Assembly (NCBI GenBank): GCA_002269645.1
Contig: NIVC01001201.1
Span: 186,001 to 250,000 of the forward strand
Source of the DNA: Macrostomum lignano
Taxonomy: Eukaryota
DNA: 64,000 nt
Direction of reading: 5' to 3'
Shown here: in pieces, positions 12,074 through 23,473 of the stretch
How positions within the stretch are numbered: the stretch's first letter is position 1
Layout of the letters: each line of letters opens with the position of its first letter
Made by a program: the position numbers and the translations under genes
The notes under the pieces: model-generated
What the model was told of the DNA's origin: nothing
Database searches by the model: none
The model's input: the letters and a program-made list of their open reading frames with translations, nothing else

Positions 12074-14930
12074 TTGAGTTGAGTCTCAGTTGGAGTGCCA
12101 GTTGAGTCTCAGTTGAGTTTCAGTTGAGTTTCAGTAAAGTCTCAGTTGAAGCGCCAGTTGAGTCTCAGTTGAAGTGCCAGTTGAGTCTCAGTTGAAGTGC
12201 CAGTTGAGCCTCAGTTGAAGTGCCAGTTGAGCCTCAGTTGAAGCGCCAGTTGAGCCTCAGTTGAAGCGCCAGTTGAGCCTCAGTTGAAGCGCCAGTTGAG
12301 CCTCAGTTGAGTCTCAGTTGAGTGCCAGTTGAGTCTCAGTTGAAGCGCCAGTTGAGCCTCAGTTGAAGCGCCAGTTGAGCCTCAGTTGAGTCTCAGTTGA
12401 GTGCCAGTTGAGTCTCAGTTGAAGCGCCAGTTGAGCCTCAGTTGAGTCTCAGTTGAGTGCCAGTTGAGTCTCAGTTGAAGCGCCAGTTTAGCCTCAGTTG
12501 AGTCTCAGTTGAGTGCCAGTTGAGTCTCAGTTGAAGCGCCAGTTGAGTCTCAGTTGAAGCGCCAGTTGAGTCTCAGTTGAAGCGCCAGTTGAGTCTCAGT
12601 TGAAGCGCCAGTTGAGTTTCAGTTGAAGCGCCAGTTGAGCCTCAGTTAAAGCGCCAGTTGAGCCTCAGTTGAAGCGCCAGTTGAGTCTCAGTTGAAGCGC
12701 CAGTTGAGTCTCAGTTGAAGCGCCAGTTGAGTCTCAGTTGAAGCGCCAGTTGAGTTTCAGTTGAAGCGCCAGTTGAGCCTCAGTTAAAGCGCCAGTTGAG
12801 CCTCAGTTGAAGCGCCAGTTGAGTCTCAGTTGAAGCGCCAGTTGAGCCTCAGTTAAAGCGCCAGTTGAGCCTCAGTTGAAGCGCCAGTTGAGCCTCAGTT
12901 GAGTCTCAGTTGAGTGCCAGTTGAGTCTCAGTTGAAGCGCCAGTTGAGCCTCAGTTGAGTCTCAGTTGAAGCGCCAGTTGAGCCTCAGTTGAAGCGCCAG
13001 TTGAGCCTCAGTTGAGTCTCAGTTGAGTGCCAGTTGAGTCTCAGTTGAAGCGCCTGTTGAGTCTCAGTTGAGTGCTAGTTGAGTCTCAGTTGAAGCGCCA
13101 GTTGAGCCTCAGTTGAGTCTCAGTTGAAGCGCCAGTTTAGCCTCAGTTGAGTCTCAGTTGAAGCGCCAGTTGAGTCTCAGTTGAAGCGCCAGTTGAGTCT
13201 CAGTTGAAGCGCCAGTTGAGTCTCAGTTGAAGCGCCAGTTGAGCCTCAGTTAAAGCGCCAGTTGAGCCTCAGTTGAAGCGCCAGTTGAGTCTCAGTTGAA
13301 GCGCCAGTTGAGCCTCAGTTAAAGCGCCAGTTGAGCCTCAGTTGAAGCGCCAGTTGAGCCTCAGTTGAGTCTCAGTTGAGTTTCAGTTAAGTCTCAGTTA
13401 AAGCGCCAGTTGAGCCTCAGTTGAAGCGCCAGTTGAGCCTCAGTTGAGTCTCAGTTGAGTGCCAGTTGAGTCTCAGTTGAAGCGCCAGTTTAGCCTCAGT
13501 TGAGTCTCAGTTGAGTGCCAGTTGAGTCTCAGTTGAAGCGCCAATTGAGTCTCAGTTGAAGCGCCAGTTGAGCCTCAGTTGAGTCTCAGTTGAGTTTCAG
13601 TTAAGTCTCAGTTGAAGCGCCAGTTGAGCCTCAGTTGAAGCGCCAGTTAAGCCTCAGTTGAAGCGCCAGTTAAGCCTCAGTTGAAGCACCAGTTAAGCCT
13701 CAGTTGAGTTTCAGTTAAGTCTCAGTTGAAGCGCCAGTTGAGCCTCAGTTGAAGCGCCAGTTAAGCCTCAGTTGAAGCGCCAGTTAAGCCTCAGTTGAAG
13801 CGCCAGTTAAGCCTCAGTTGAAGCGCCAGTTGAGTCTCAGTTGAAGCGCCAGTTGAGCCTCAGTTGAAGCGCCAGTTGAGCCTCAGTTGAAGCGCCAGTT
13901 AAGCCTCAGTTGAGTCTCAGTTGAGTGCCAGTTGAGTCTCAGTTGAAGCGCCAGTTGAGCCTCAGTTGAGTCTCAGTTGAAGCGCCAGTTGAGCCTCAGT
14001 TGAAGCGCCAGTTGAGCCTCAGTTGAAGCGCCAGTTGAGCCTCAGTTGAGTCTCAGTTGAGTGCCAGTTGAGTCTCAGTTGAAGCGCCAGTTTAGCCTCA
14101 GTTGAGTCTCAGTTGAGTGCCAGTTGAGTCTCAGTTGAAGCGCCAGTTGAGTCTCAGTTGAAGCGCCAGTTGAGTCTCAGTTGAAGCGCCAGTTGAGCCT
14201 CAGTTAAAGCGCCAGTTGAGCCTCAGTTGAAGCGCCAGTTGAGTCTCAGTTGAAGCGCCAGTTGAGCCTCAGTTAAAGCGCCAGTTGAGCCTCAGTTGAA
14301 GCGCCAGTTGAGCCTCAGTTGAGTCTCAGTTGAGTTTCAGTTAAGTCTCAGTTGAAGCGCCAGTTGAGCCTCAGTTGATGCGCCAGTTGAGCCTCAGTTG
14401 AGTCTCAGTTGAGTGCCAGTTGAGTCTCAGTTGAAGCGCCAGTTTAGCCTCAGTTGAGTCTCAGTTGAGTGCCAGTTGAGTCTCAGTTGAAGCGCCAATT
14501 GAGTCTCAGTTGAAGCGCCAGTTGAGTCTCAGTTGAAGCGCCAGTTGAGTCTCAGTTGAAGCGCCAGTTGAGCCTCAGTTAAAGCGCCAGTTGAGCCTCA
14601 GTTGAAGCGCCAGTTGAGCCTCAGTTGAAGCGCCAGTTAAGCCTCAGTTGAAGCGCCAGTTAAGCCTCAGTTGAAGCACCAGTTAAGCCTCAGTTGAATT
14701 TCAGTTAAGTCTCAGTTGAAGCGCCAGTTGAGCCTCAGTTGAAGCGCCAGTTAAGCCTCAGTTGAAGCGCCAGTTGAGTCTCAGTTGAAGCGCCAGTTGA
14801 GCCTCAGTTGAAGCGCCAGTTTAGCCTCAGTTGAAGCGCCAGTTAAGCCTCAGTTGAAGCGCCAGTTAAGCCTCAGTTGAAGCGCCAGTTAAGCCTCAGT
14901 TGAAGCGCCAGTTGAGCCTCAGTTGAAGCA
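12074..14930. repeat. Satellite of 11/12-bp CAGTT-initiated monomers (CAGTTGAGCCT, CAGTTGAAGCGC, CAGTTGAGTCT, CAGTTGAGTGC), 23-bp base period
   Basis: About 2.85 kb, roughly 250 monomers, with recurring longer blocks. Confidence 0.97.
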
Positions 14931-15695
14931 AAACTGACACGGAAACCATCGGGAGTTTCTTCACCAGCAGAAAGCGCTCAGCCTGGCTGATTCATGGACT
15001 GGCAGCGCTGGATACCAGAGCTGTCGCGACCTGGGAGACTGTGTGGGTCCAAGAAGAGTTCTCAAGCCTTGCGCTCGAATTGAGGAACAGTACGAGTGAT
15101 GAATCAAATCTTGAACTCACAAATCAGTTGAAGCATTCGGTGAGCGAGCCCGCCTCTATCTCCGCTTCGCCTGCAGTGAGCCGCTAACAACCGTGTTCGT
15201 TTTAAAAAAAGTTGCAAAGTCAAGGCCCGTGTTGAAATGGTGTGGAATGAGGCTTTATAAGTTTTTGCATTGTCTGTGCTGCCTCCATGTTATATCTGCA
15301 GTTCATGCATTTGCTTGCATAAAACTTAAGTTGTCGATGCTTCACCAATAAATATCAATATATATTAATCAATAGTGCTACTCTAACTGGCAACAACAAA
15401 ATACACCGCGCCAGCCGCAGAGGGGGGAGGTGAACGCACGCCTTTGGGCCGCACTTCTCAAAAACTCAGCTCCTCCAGTCAGAACGGGGCTCTCGCATCC
15501 CTCGGAAGCGGCTCGGGGCAGCGCGTCGTCCGCCCTTGGCTTTGTCTCCGCGGACCCTGCGCCGTCCACAACAGCAGGTCGTGTAGCGGCTCGCGGCAGC
15601 GACTCTCCGAACTTACAAACTAAATTTAAAACACCAATTTCTCAGTTCGAACCCCAGCCCCAACTCTGGGTTCCGACGCGCCCCTTCAGTCAGCG

Positions 15696-17015
15696 TCAGA
15701 ACAGCGGCGTCGCGAAGACGCCTTCTGGCAGGGCTCTGAACTTCTTCTCCATGCACCGCCGGAACTCCTCCATGGTGATGGCGTCTGGGTCCGCCGGCTG
15801 AACCTCGTCGAACAGCTGCTCGAGCTTCTCCGCGGGAGCCTCAGGACGCACGGCCGGGCGCACCTGGTCCCCGCACAGGTCGAAGATTGCGGCGGAGACG
15901 GCCAGCGCGTCCTGCCGGGAGATCTGGCCGTCCGAGTCCACGTCGTACAGGCGGAACACCCACCGCAGGCGCTCGTCCGCCGGCCCCCGGGTCAGCATGG
16001 ACAGGGCGCAGACTAGCTCCTCGGTGGTGACCACTCCGTCCCTGTCGCAGTCCACCGTGTTGAAGACGTAGTGCGCAAACAGGGTGGGGTTGCCCATGGG
16101 GAACAGGTAGGCCATGGCGTCCGCGAACTGCCGGCGGCGCAGCAGGCCGCTGGGGCACTGCTGCTTGAATGCCCGGTAGATCGACTTCACCTCCTCCCGG
16201 CTGAAGCGGGTGCGCTGCACCATCTCGCTCAGCGGCGGCGGCCGGTACCTGTCTCCCAGCCGGCTGCTGCCGCCGAAATTGCCGAATCCGGCGCCGACGA
16301 TGCCGTCCTTGGCGCGACGCCGGACAAGGAACGGCCTGGCGAGGATCTCGAGGAGCCGCAGGCGGTAGCGCGCCCGCAGCCGGTCCAGCAGGCCGCAGCC
16401 GGTTGGCAGTTCCGCGTCCTCCGCCTGGCGCCGCTCGCGCCTCTGCTGCGGAGTCTCCACGTCGGCGAGCTGCTGCTGCAGGAGGCTGGCCAGCTCGTCC
16501 GGCAGGCGGTCCAGGGAGATCTGGTAGCCGCTGGAGCTCATCAGCGACACGATGGACGGCCGGCCGTGCGCCGCGCCCGGCACCGCGAGCCGGTGCTCCG
16601 AGCCGAGCTGCGAGCTGTGGCGCGACTCGCGGCGGGCGCTGGACGACCGACGGCTGGCGCTGCCGCCGCTTCCGTCGTCCAGGCGCTGCGGGCTGAGCAG
16701 CGGTTGCAGAGTCTGCACGCGGCGGGTTGAGTTCTCGCTGCTGCGGCGGGCCATCGGCTCCGATGACTCAGCCTGTTGCTGTTGCTGTTGCTGCTGGTGC
16801 TGCTGCTGCCTCTGCCGCAGCACTGTGCAGGAGCTGGACCGCCCCGCCACCAGCAGCGAGTAATGGGGCGTCGTCGGCTGCTGCTGCCGGTCCTTCGCAA
16901 TGGCCGCTGCGGACGAGGGCGTCGCAATGAGCGTCTCGGCGCTCTCGCCGGCCTCGGCGTCCGGCGAAGTCAGCGTGATGCGGATGTCTCTCTGCTGGCC
17001 GGTCATTTTGTTCAT
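15696..17015 (-). CDS. KCNIP: Kv channel-interacting protein (KChIP/calsenilin-like neuronal calcium sensor), single-exon ORF, 439 aa
   Basis: RYRPPPLSEMVQRTRFSREEVKSIYRAFKQQCPSG, FPMGNPTLFAHYVFNTVD, EF-hand loops DCDRDGVVTTEE and DVDSDGQISRQD, ERLRWVFRLYD are hallmark KChIP segments. Uninterrupted ORF with GC-rich codon usage. Confidence 0.9.
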   Translation of the reverse strand: MNKMTGQQRDIRITLTSPDAEAGESAETLIATPSSAAAIAKDRQQQPTTPHYSLLVAGRSSSCTVLRQRQQQHQQQQQQQQAESSEPMARRSSENSTRRVQTLQPLLSPQRLDDGSGGSASRRSSSARRESRHSSQLGSEHRLAVPGAAHGRPSIVSLMSSSGYQISLDRLPDELASLLQQQLADVETPQQRRERRQAEDAELPTGCGLLDRLRARYRLRLLEILARPFLVRRRAKDGIVGAGFGNFGGSSRLGDRYRPPPLSEMVQRTRFSREEVKSIYRAFKQQCPSGLLRRRQFADAMAYLFPMGNPTLFAHYVFNTVDCDRDGVVTTEELVCALSMLTRGPADERLRWVFRLYDVDSDGQISRQDALAVSAAIFDLCGDQVRPAVRPEAPAEKLEQLFDEVQPADPDAITMEEFRRCMEKKFRALPEGVFATPLF

Positions 17016-17599
17016 ATCGAAGCTGAGAGCTGAGAGCTGCGCGCGGTTGAGTCTGGCTGAGCAGTTCTGGTGGGAGGAGCGCAGCGGAGATGTTTTACTG
17101 TGGAGGCGAAAACGTTCGAGGCGTAGGAAGAAAGAGAAAAGCTCTGATTGGCTGCCCTCCCCAGAAGACCCTCTGGGCGCCGGCCTCTGTCGAGCTCGGG
17201 GTGCCGGCGGTCTTGAGGAATTTCTGATATCTGTCCGTCCTCAGCCTCCCTCCCTGCCTGCGCTGGCGGCTCTGGGACAGGGCAAATCCTTATCACAGAT
17301 CTCGGGGATTATGCCGTGCCGTCTCTTTCCTCACTGCTTCTTTCGGACGAAAATATGCTTTTGCTGCTTCCCTGTCACCCTCTTGATCCCTCATCCCGGC
17401 AGATACATATCCCAGCTATTAATCTATCCCTAACAACAATGACCTTTTTCCAATCGGCCTCAAGAGGGCGGCAGAGTTTGAGATCCGATGCAGGGAATTT
17501 TAATTTTGCGACTGTACTGGCAGGGTAGGAGGTTCTGATGGACAGTCTGAGAAGCTGATATTGCCGTTTGGGTTGTGAGACATTAGATAGGCAGGCTGC

Positions 17600-18178
17600 G
17601 GCATCAGAGCCTTATGAATGGCATCGGGACTTCATGAATGGCATCGGGACTTCATGAATGGCATCAGAGCCTCATGAATGGCATCGGGACTTCATGAATG
17701 GCATCGGGACTTCATGAATGGCATCGGGACTTCATGAATGGCATCGGGACTTCATGAATGGCATCGGGACTTCATGAATGGCATCGGGACTTCATGAATG
17801 GCATCGGGACTTCATGAATGGCATTGGGACTTCATGAATGGCATCGGGACTTCATGAATGGCATCGGGACTTCATGAATGGCATCGGGACTTCATGAATG
17901 GCATCGGGACTTCATGAATGGCATCGGGACTTCATGAATGGCATCGGGACTTCATGAATGGCATCGGGACTTCATGAATGGCATCGGGACTTCATGAATG
18001 GCTTCGGGACTTCATGAATGGCATCGGGACTTCATGAATGGCACCGGGACTTCATGAGTGGCATATTGGGACTTTATGAATGGCATCGGGACTTCATGAA
18101 TGGCATCGGGACTTCATGAGTGGCATATTGGGACTTTATGAGTGTGGCATTGAGACTTCATAAATGGCATCGGGACTT
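17600..18178. repeat. 20-bp minisatellite (GAATGGCATCGGGACTTCAT)n
   Basis: About 28 tandem copies. Confidence 0.96.
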
Positions 18179-18544
18179 AAAGTCTATCTACTCTGCACTC
18201 TGTCTTTATACACTTCAAGCGGGCGCTCAACTGGATGAATCGCGGTACGGGGACAACTTTTCTCCACAGCGTCTTTCCCGCCTTAACCCTTCCTCATCCC
18301 AGCTGAGAAAGGCCGGCCTAATTGCGTTACGCCGCCCAGCTGCTCGGAAATTAATCAAGCAAAGTTGTGTCTCCTCTCGAGCGGCAGGCTGGGTAGCAAC
18401 TGCTTTCGGAATTATTAATGCACTTCGTACTCTGCGGTCCACAGCGCCAATGTTGCATTCTGGCCTCTGGTTTCTACTGGACTCTTGTGAGAGCTGCCAG
18501 CCCGACCGAACTAGTGCAATCACTTGGATAACAACTCGAAATTC

Positions 18545-19135
18545 ACTGCTGATCCGTCACTCTGGAACAATATCCGATTCCCTCCCGGCTTCTGATCCAT
18601 CACTCTGGAACAATATCCGATTCCCTCCCGGCTTCTGATCCGTCACTCTGGAACAATATCCGATTCCCTCCCGGCTTCTGATCCGTCACTCTGGAACAAT
18701 ATCCGATTCCCTCCCGGCTTCTGATCCGTCACTCTGGAACAATATCCGATTCCCTCCCGGCTTCTGATCCGTCACTCTGGAACAATATCCGATTCCCTCC
18801 CGGCTTCTGATCCGTCACTCTGGAACAATATCCGATTCCCTCCCGGCTTCTGATCCGTCACTCTGGAACAATATCCGATTCCCTCCCGGCTTCTGATCCG
18901 TCACTCTGGAACAATATCCGATTCCCTCCCGGCTTCTGATCCGTCACTCTGGAACAATATCCGATTCCCTCCCGGCTTCTGATCCGTCACTCTGGAACAA
19001 TATCCTCTATTCCCTCGCGGCCTTTGATCCGTCACTCTGGAACAATATCCTCTATTCCCTCGCGGCCTTTGATCCGTCACTCTGGAACAATATCCTCTAT
19101 TCCCTCGCGGCCTTTGATCCGTCACTCTGGAACAA
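18545..19135. repeat. 43-bp minisatellite (CTGATCCGTCACTCTGGAACAATATCCGATTCCCTCCCGGCTT)n
   Basis: About 13 copies; the last three share a variant (CCTCTATTCCCTCGCGGCCTT). Confidence 0.96.
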
Positions 19136-19619
19136 TCCTGGATCTGCGTCACTCCGCAGTAAAAAGAATTGACTTGTCGAGGGAAATAGACTTTCTAAGA
19201 ATCCACGAGAATCCACGAGAAGCGAACAAGGAACCGCAAACACAGCAGTCGCTTTCCTTTCGGATTGACACTCAAGAAATCAATGAGAGCAAAATATCCC
19301 ATCCCACTGATCCCCTGTTCTCAAAGCCAGCCAATTCCCGTTGGCAACTAGAATCGGGAATATTCAGGAGAGCTTTAATGCAATGCCCAGGTACTCATTG
19401 ATCTCAGAACTGCCAGCCGCAGCTGCGCTTGGGCGGTGGCTGGGACGAGGGCCGCCGCCGGTGGCCTAAGCCCGGATTCCCATTTCATTTTTGCCCCCGC
19501 GGAATCGATCGGCCCTGTTGATTCATTCGCCATCAAAGTCAACCGGATTCTGCAGAGATATCCAAGGTCGCGGTCTCAATGCTCATTAGCGCTTGCTTTA
19601 AAGTTCGAGCAAAAGTGCG

Positions 19620-19932
19620 AACCCATCAGCACCGACACCACAGAACCCATCAGCACCGACACCACAGAACCCATCAGCACCGACACCACAGAACCCATCA
19701 GCACCGACACCACAGAACCCATCAGCACCGACACCACAGAACCCATCAGCACCGACACCACAGAACCCATCAGCACCGACACCACATAACCCATCAGCAC
19801 CGACACCACAGAACCCATCAGCACCGACACCACAGAACCCATCAGCACCGACACCACAGAACCCATCAGCACCGACACCACAGAACCCATCAGCACCGAC
19901 ACCACAGAACCCATCATCACTGACACCGACAT
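19620..19932. repeat. 24-bp minisatellite (CCCATCAGCACCGACACCACAGAA)n
   Basis: About 13 copies; source of the TEPISTDT and HQHRHHRT false ORFs. Confidence 0.96.
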
Positions 19933-20216
19933 CAGCAGAGCAATATTGGCAATTCAAAAGTTCTTAAAAAGTATTCTACTGTTAGTAGGAAAGACCGCTC
20001 ATTAAAATTCATGAAGAAAAAGCTCTTTTCGATATAAAGTTTACGGTGTGAAGTTTCAACCCGTGACTTTTATTATGCAATATTACAGTTGATTTCGGAG
20101 GATCAATGTTTGAGAAACATGCAGGTGTGCCACGGGTAGCTACCGAGTTTTTATGTGGGCTAAGAAAGACTTAGCAGCAACCTGCTGCACTCAATTTACA
20201 ACCGCTCGCTTGTAGT

Positions 20217-20566
20217 AATCGGAGATCTGGGATCGGAGATCTGGGATCGGAGATCTGGGATCGGAGATCTGGGATCGGAGATCTGGGATCGGAGATCTGG
20301 GATCGGAGATCTGGGATCGGAGATCTGGGATCGGAGATCTGGGATCGGAGATCTGGGATCGGAGATCTGGGATCGGAGATCTGGGATCGGAGATCTGGGA
20401 TCGGAGATCTGGGATCGGAGATCTGGGATCGGAGATCTGGGATCGGAGATCTGGGATCGGAGATCTGGGATCGGAGATCTGGGATCGGAGATCTGGGATC
20501 GGAGATCTGGGATCGGAGATCTGGGATCGGAGATCTGGGATCGGAGATCTGGGATCGGAGATCTTG
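20217..20566. repeat. 14-bp perfect minisatellite (GGAGATCTGGGATC)n
   Basis: About 25 essentially identical copies. Confidence 0.97.
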
Positions 20567-20583
20567 GATGAGGCATCGGACAA

Positions 20584-21315
20584 TCATGGCTTATTATCCT
20601 GAGCTGGTTCACTTTCAGCGGCATAATCTTCAGCAAGGGCAGCAGCCGCCCTTCCTGGTGTTGACCTTCCCGAATCCCCAGCTGCCGAGGCCGGGCCCCA
20701 GTGTCTTCTTGGAGTCAGCGCCAGCTTTATCTTCAGCTTTGACGCACTGTCCAGCCAGACTGAATCTTCAACGACTGTAATTGGACAGCTTTTGTACACC
20801 ACTCTCTGCTGCTGCTGCTGCTGCGGCGGCGGCGGCGGCGGCGGCGGCGGCTTTGCTGGCTGCGACTCGGCAGCTTTCGAAGCCTGCCTGGAGACCGCAA
20901 CAACTCGTCGAGGGCTTCGGCAGCTGCGCCGGCAGGCCGTGGCGCTGATCGGAGCGATGAGGCAGCTGGCGGGCCCAGCGGTCGGGCTGGCTGTTGAAGC
21001 CACCGACGCCACCGAGGCCGGACGCTTGCATGCTGCCCCAGCCGCTGCCGCAGCTGCCAGGGCGCGTCGGGCCGACTCGATCGGTCGCCGAGTGTCGCGG
21101 CTGACCATCGTCAGGTGCCTGACGGCCGCGGAGGTGGAACGCTGCTGCTCAGGTTGTTGCTGCTGATGCTGTGGTGGCAGATCTGGCTTCACCACTGGCG
21201 GCTTGAAGTACAGACTGCCGACATGCTGCTGCTGCTGTTGTTGCTGTTCTTCATCACGGTACTCAGGTGGCAGCAGAAAGGTCACGCCCGTTCTGCCGCC
21301 TCCGTCCGCTGCCAT
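20584..21315 (-). CDS. Hypothetical low-complexity protein, 243 aa (poly-Q/P/A), possibly a single exon
   Basis: GC-rich ORF with the poly-Gln/Ala/Pro style of the true exons in this window; ATG at 21315; no recognisable domain. Confidence 0.5.
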   Translation of the reverse strand: MAADGGGRTGVTFLLPPEYRDEEQQQQQQQHVGSLYFKPPVVKPDLPPQHQQQQPEQQRSTSAAVRHLTMVSRDTRRPIESARRALAAAAAAGAACKRPASVASVASTASPTAGPASCLIAPISATACRRSCRSPRRVVAVSRQASKAAESQPAKPPPPPPPPPQQQQQQRVVYKSCPITVVEDSVWLDSASKLKIKLALTPRRHWGPASAAGDSGRSTPGRAAAALAEDYAAESEPAQDNKP

Positions 21316-22112
21316 GCCCCCTCGCTGTCTGTACAGTCAGGTAAAAATGGCACAGATTCTCAGCTGGAGTTGCTCAACTCGACTGTTAGAGGAGATTTAT
21401 TTGGAGGCTCACCGGCCCCTTCGGCTCGCGTATTCTGCAGCTGAGCTGGCCGCCCTCCACAGCCTCCGGGCTCCGGAAGCGCGGACAATGCACCTGCATC
21501 CCCACTTCATAGCGACTGGCTGAGAAGGAGAGAGGGAGAGCTGAATAAGGAAGAAGCGTTTCGCCTCTCTCGCCAGACGGCGTCCGAGATTAGGATAATG
21601 GCGGCCTAAGTAACCCGGGCTGCTCAATGCATAATGCATGGTCGGTCGCTTGAGCAGCCTGGGTAGTATCGGGATCGCTGCAGCTCAGGCCTCCTGGAGT
21701 TTAGGCAAAGGTACGGGTAATTAGGCTTCTTAAGCACCTGATTGGGCTTTGTGAAGAATACCTTCAGTGAGTTTTCAAACTTAAAGCCTTGTGATGGATC
21801 GAGCATTGGGGCGTCTTAAACAAATTGTCGCGATTCGCTCTCACCTCACGCGTACAAAATGCGCAATCTGGGCTGTTATTGATTGGAAGTTTAGTTAAAA
21901 GTCTATCAACTAAAAAACACTGTGCTTACCGTAAGCTGGTGCTTACCGTAGCGTATGTTAAGCGGCATTGTAATTATACTTTTACCCAGACGCAATAACA
22001 AAATATTTTGGCCATTATTCTACAGTTTTGATGTGTACCATAGACATTTGGATTGAAAAAATCATCGCACATCGCTACGAGCACTCGTGTTTTGGCCATT
22101 ATTCAACTCAGT

Positions 22113-23464
22113 TACTCCGGCTGTCCGGAAAGTCGTGAGAATGTATTTAAAAACCAGTCAGAACTATCAGAAAACACGATAACTGCACTAGTTGGTAATG
22201 TAATCTCCCCTTGCGTTGATTACAGATTGGCAATGGTCAACGAGTCGCTGAACCTCTCTTTTCAAGCAATCTTCGTCAAGGCCTCTTGCCCATTGCAACG
22301 CAGCTTCTCGAACTTCATTGTGGTCGCTGAACACTCGCCTGGAGAAATCAGTCTTCATCCTACTGAACAAAAAACGGTCGCACAAATTAAAGTCTGGGCT
22401 GTAAGGACTCTGAAACACCAGCTGAACTCCACGGGACTCCATGTACTGCTGCACAGAACGAGCCACGTGAGGTCGCGCATTGTCCCACTGCCAAAGAACA
22501 TCCGACAGATGAATTGGCCTTGACCTGAGAGTACGCCATAGGTCTCCGGTGTGCCGAATGAACTCAACTATGCCATTTGCATCAACAGTTTGCTTTGGGG
22601 CTGTGGATTCAATGGAGAAGCGCTTGTTTGGAGTAAAAGCAACCAGAAGCATTGTCTTTGCATTGCTGACTGAGTGCCTGACAACCTGAAGCCGATGATC
22701 CCCTTGGCCAAGCCAGCACCTGTTGTTTTGCTTTGTGCCAGTGTTGTTCAGGTACACCCACGTCTCATCCTCCACCACGTACTTGTCGCAAAAGTTTTCC
22801 ATGCCCTCGTTGTAAAAAAGCCTGCGAATTTGCTTGGCACAATTGATGCGGGCAGTCTTTTTCTCCTCAGATAGAGCATGCGGAACCCAGAAAGCAGAAA
22901 CGTTTCGAAGGTGCAAATCCTCAGTCAAAATTTCGTGCACTGCGGTTTTTCCAACTTCCAAAAAGTCAGCGAGGTCTCGGACACAAACTTTTGGATCCTC
23001 TTCAACAAGAGCTCGGCAGGTTTCGATCAGTTCCGCTGTCCTTGTTGACCGTGGCCGGCCAGTCCGAGGAGCTGAGACAGGGGAAATGCTTCGTCACGGA
23101 ACTTCGAATACCATCTGTAAACCGTTCACTGACCTGGTGCAGCATCTCCATAAAATTTGAGCAGCCCGTCATGGCAGCTGAGAGCGGAGATTCCAAGACG
23201 GTATCTAGCATAGGCATAACCCTGAAAGTCTTCCATTTTGAAGAACTCGCTGTCAAAATTTTCAACCTTGATCACCGCGTTGCATTTGCTATCGAGCACT
23301 TTATACTGAGCTCGCCCCCTGCCCCCAATTTTGCTACTAGAATAACAAGAATTTTCACCAGAGACATATATAAGTCTATTATTGAAAATTTCTGTGTGCC
23401 ACGTCACTAGCTTGCTGCTTTCTTGCTTAATCGACACATTCTCACGACTTTCCGGACATACTAT
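22113..23464 (-). mobile_element. Mariner (DD34D) DNA transposon with a disabled transposase
   Basis: 23-bp perfect inverted repeat TGTCCGGAAAGTCGTGAGAATGT at 22122-22144 and 23436-23458, TA near both ends. Transposase from ATG 23236 to stop 22188 with WVPHAL, DETW, WDNARPH and YSPDFNLCD (34 residues between the last two Asp). In-frame TGA at 23126-23128 (likely CGA) and a frameshift near 23090. Confidence 0.93.
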
Positions 23465-23473
23465 ACAATCTAC

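Noticed and set aside
14927-15352. About 85 open codons on the plus strand after the CAGTT satellite, with AATAAA near 15347
   Set aside because: No convincing acceptor or upstream exon and no recognisable protein; may be the antisense 3' region of KChIP.
15841-17433. Several overlapping ORFs on both strands across KChIP
   Set aside because: Shadow frames of GC-rich coding sequence; the same applies to those over NFX1, domino and tubulin.
17600-20566. Regular 20-43-bp repeats resembling CRISPR arrays
   Set aside because: Units are head-to-tail with no unique spacers, there are no cas genes, and the context is eukaryotic.
472-20636. Long periodic ORFs (ALPYQITQV, ITCASPRHRSP, SINQ, PISIIPNLHT, TEPISTDT, DPRSPIPDLRSQIS and others)
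   Set aside because: They are translations of tandem DNA repeats lying in introns or intergenic DNA, often open in several frames and on both strands, with no splice or start context.
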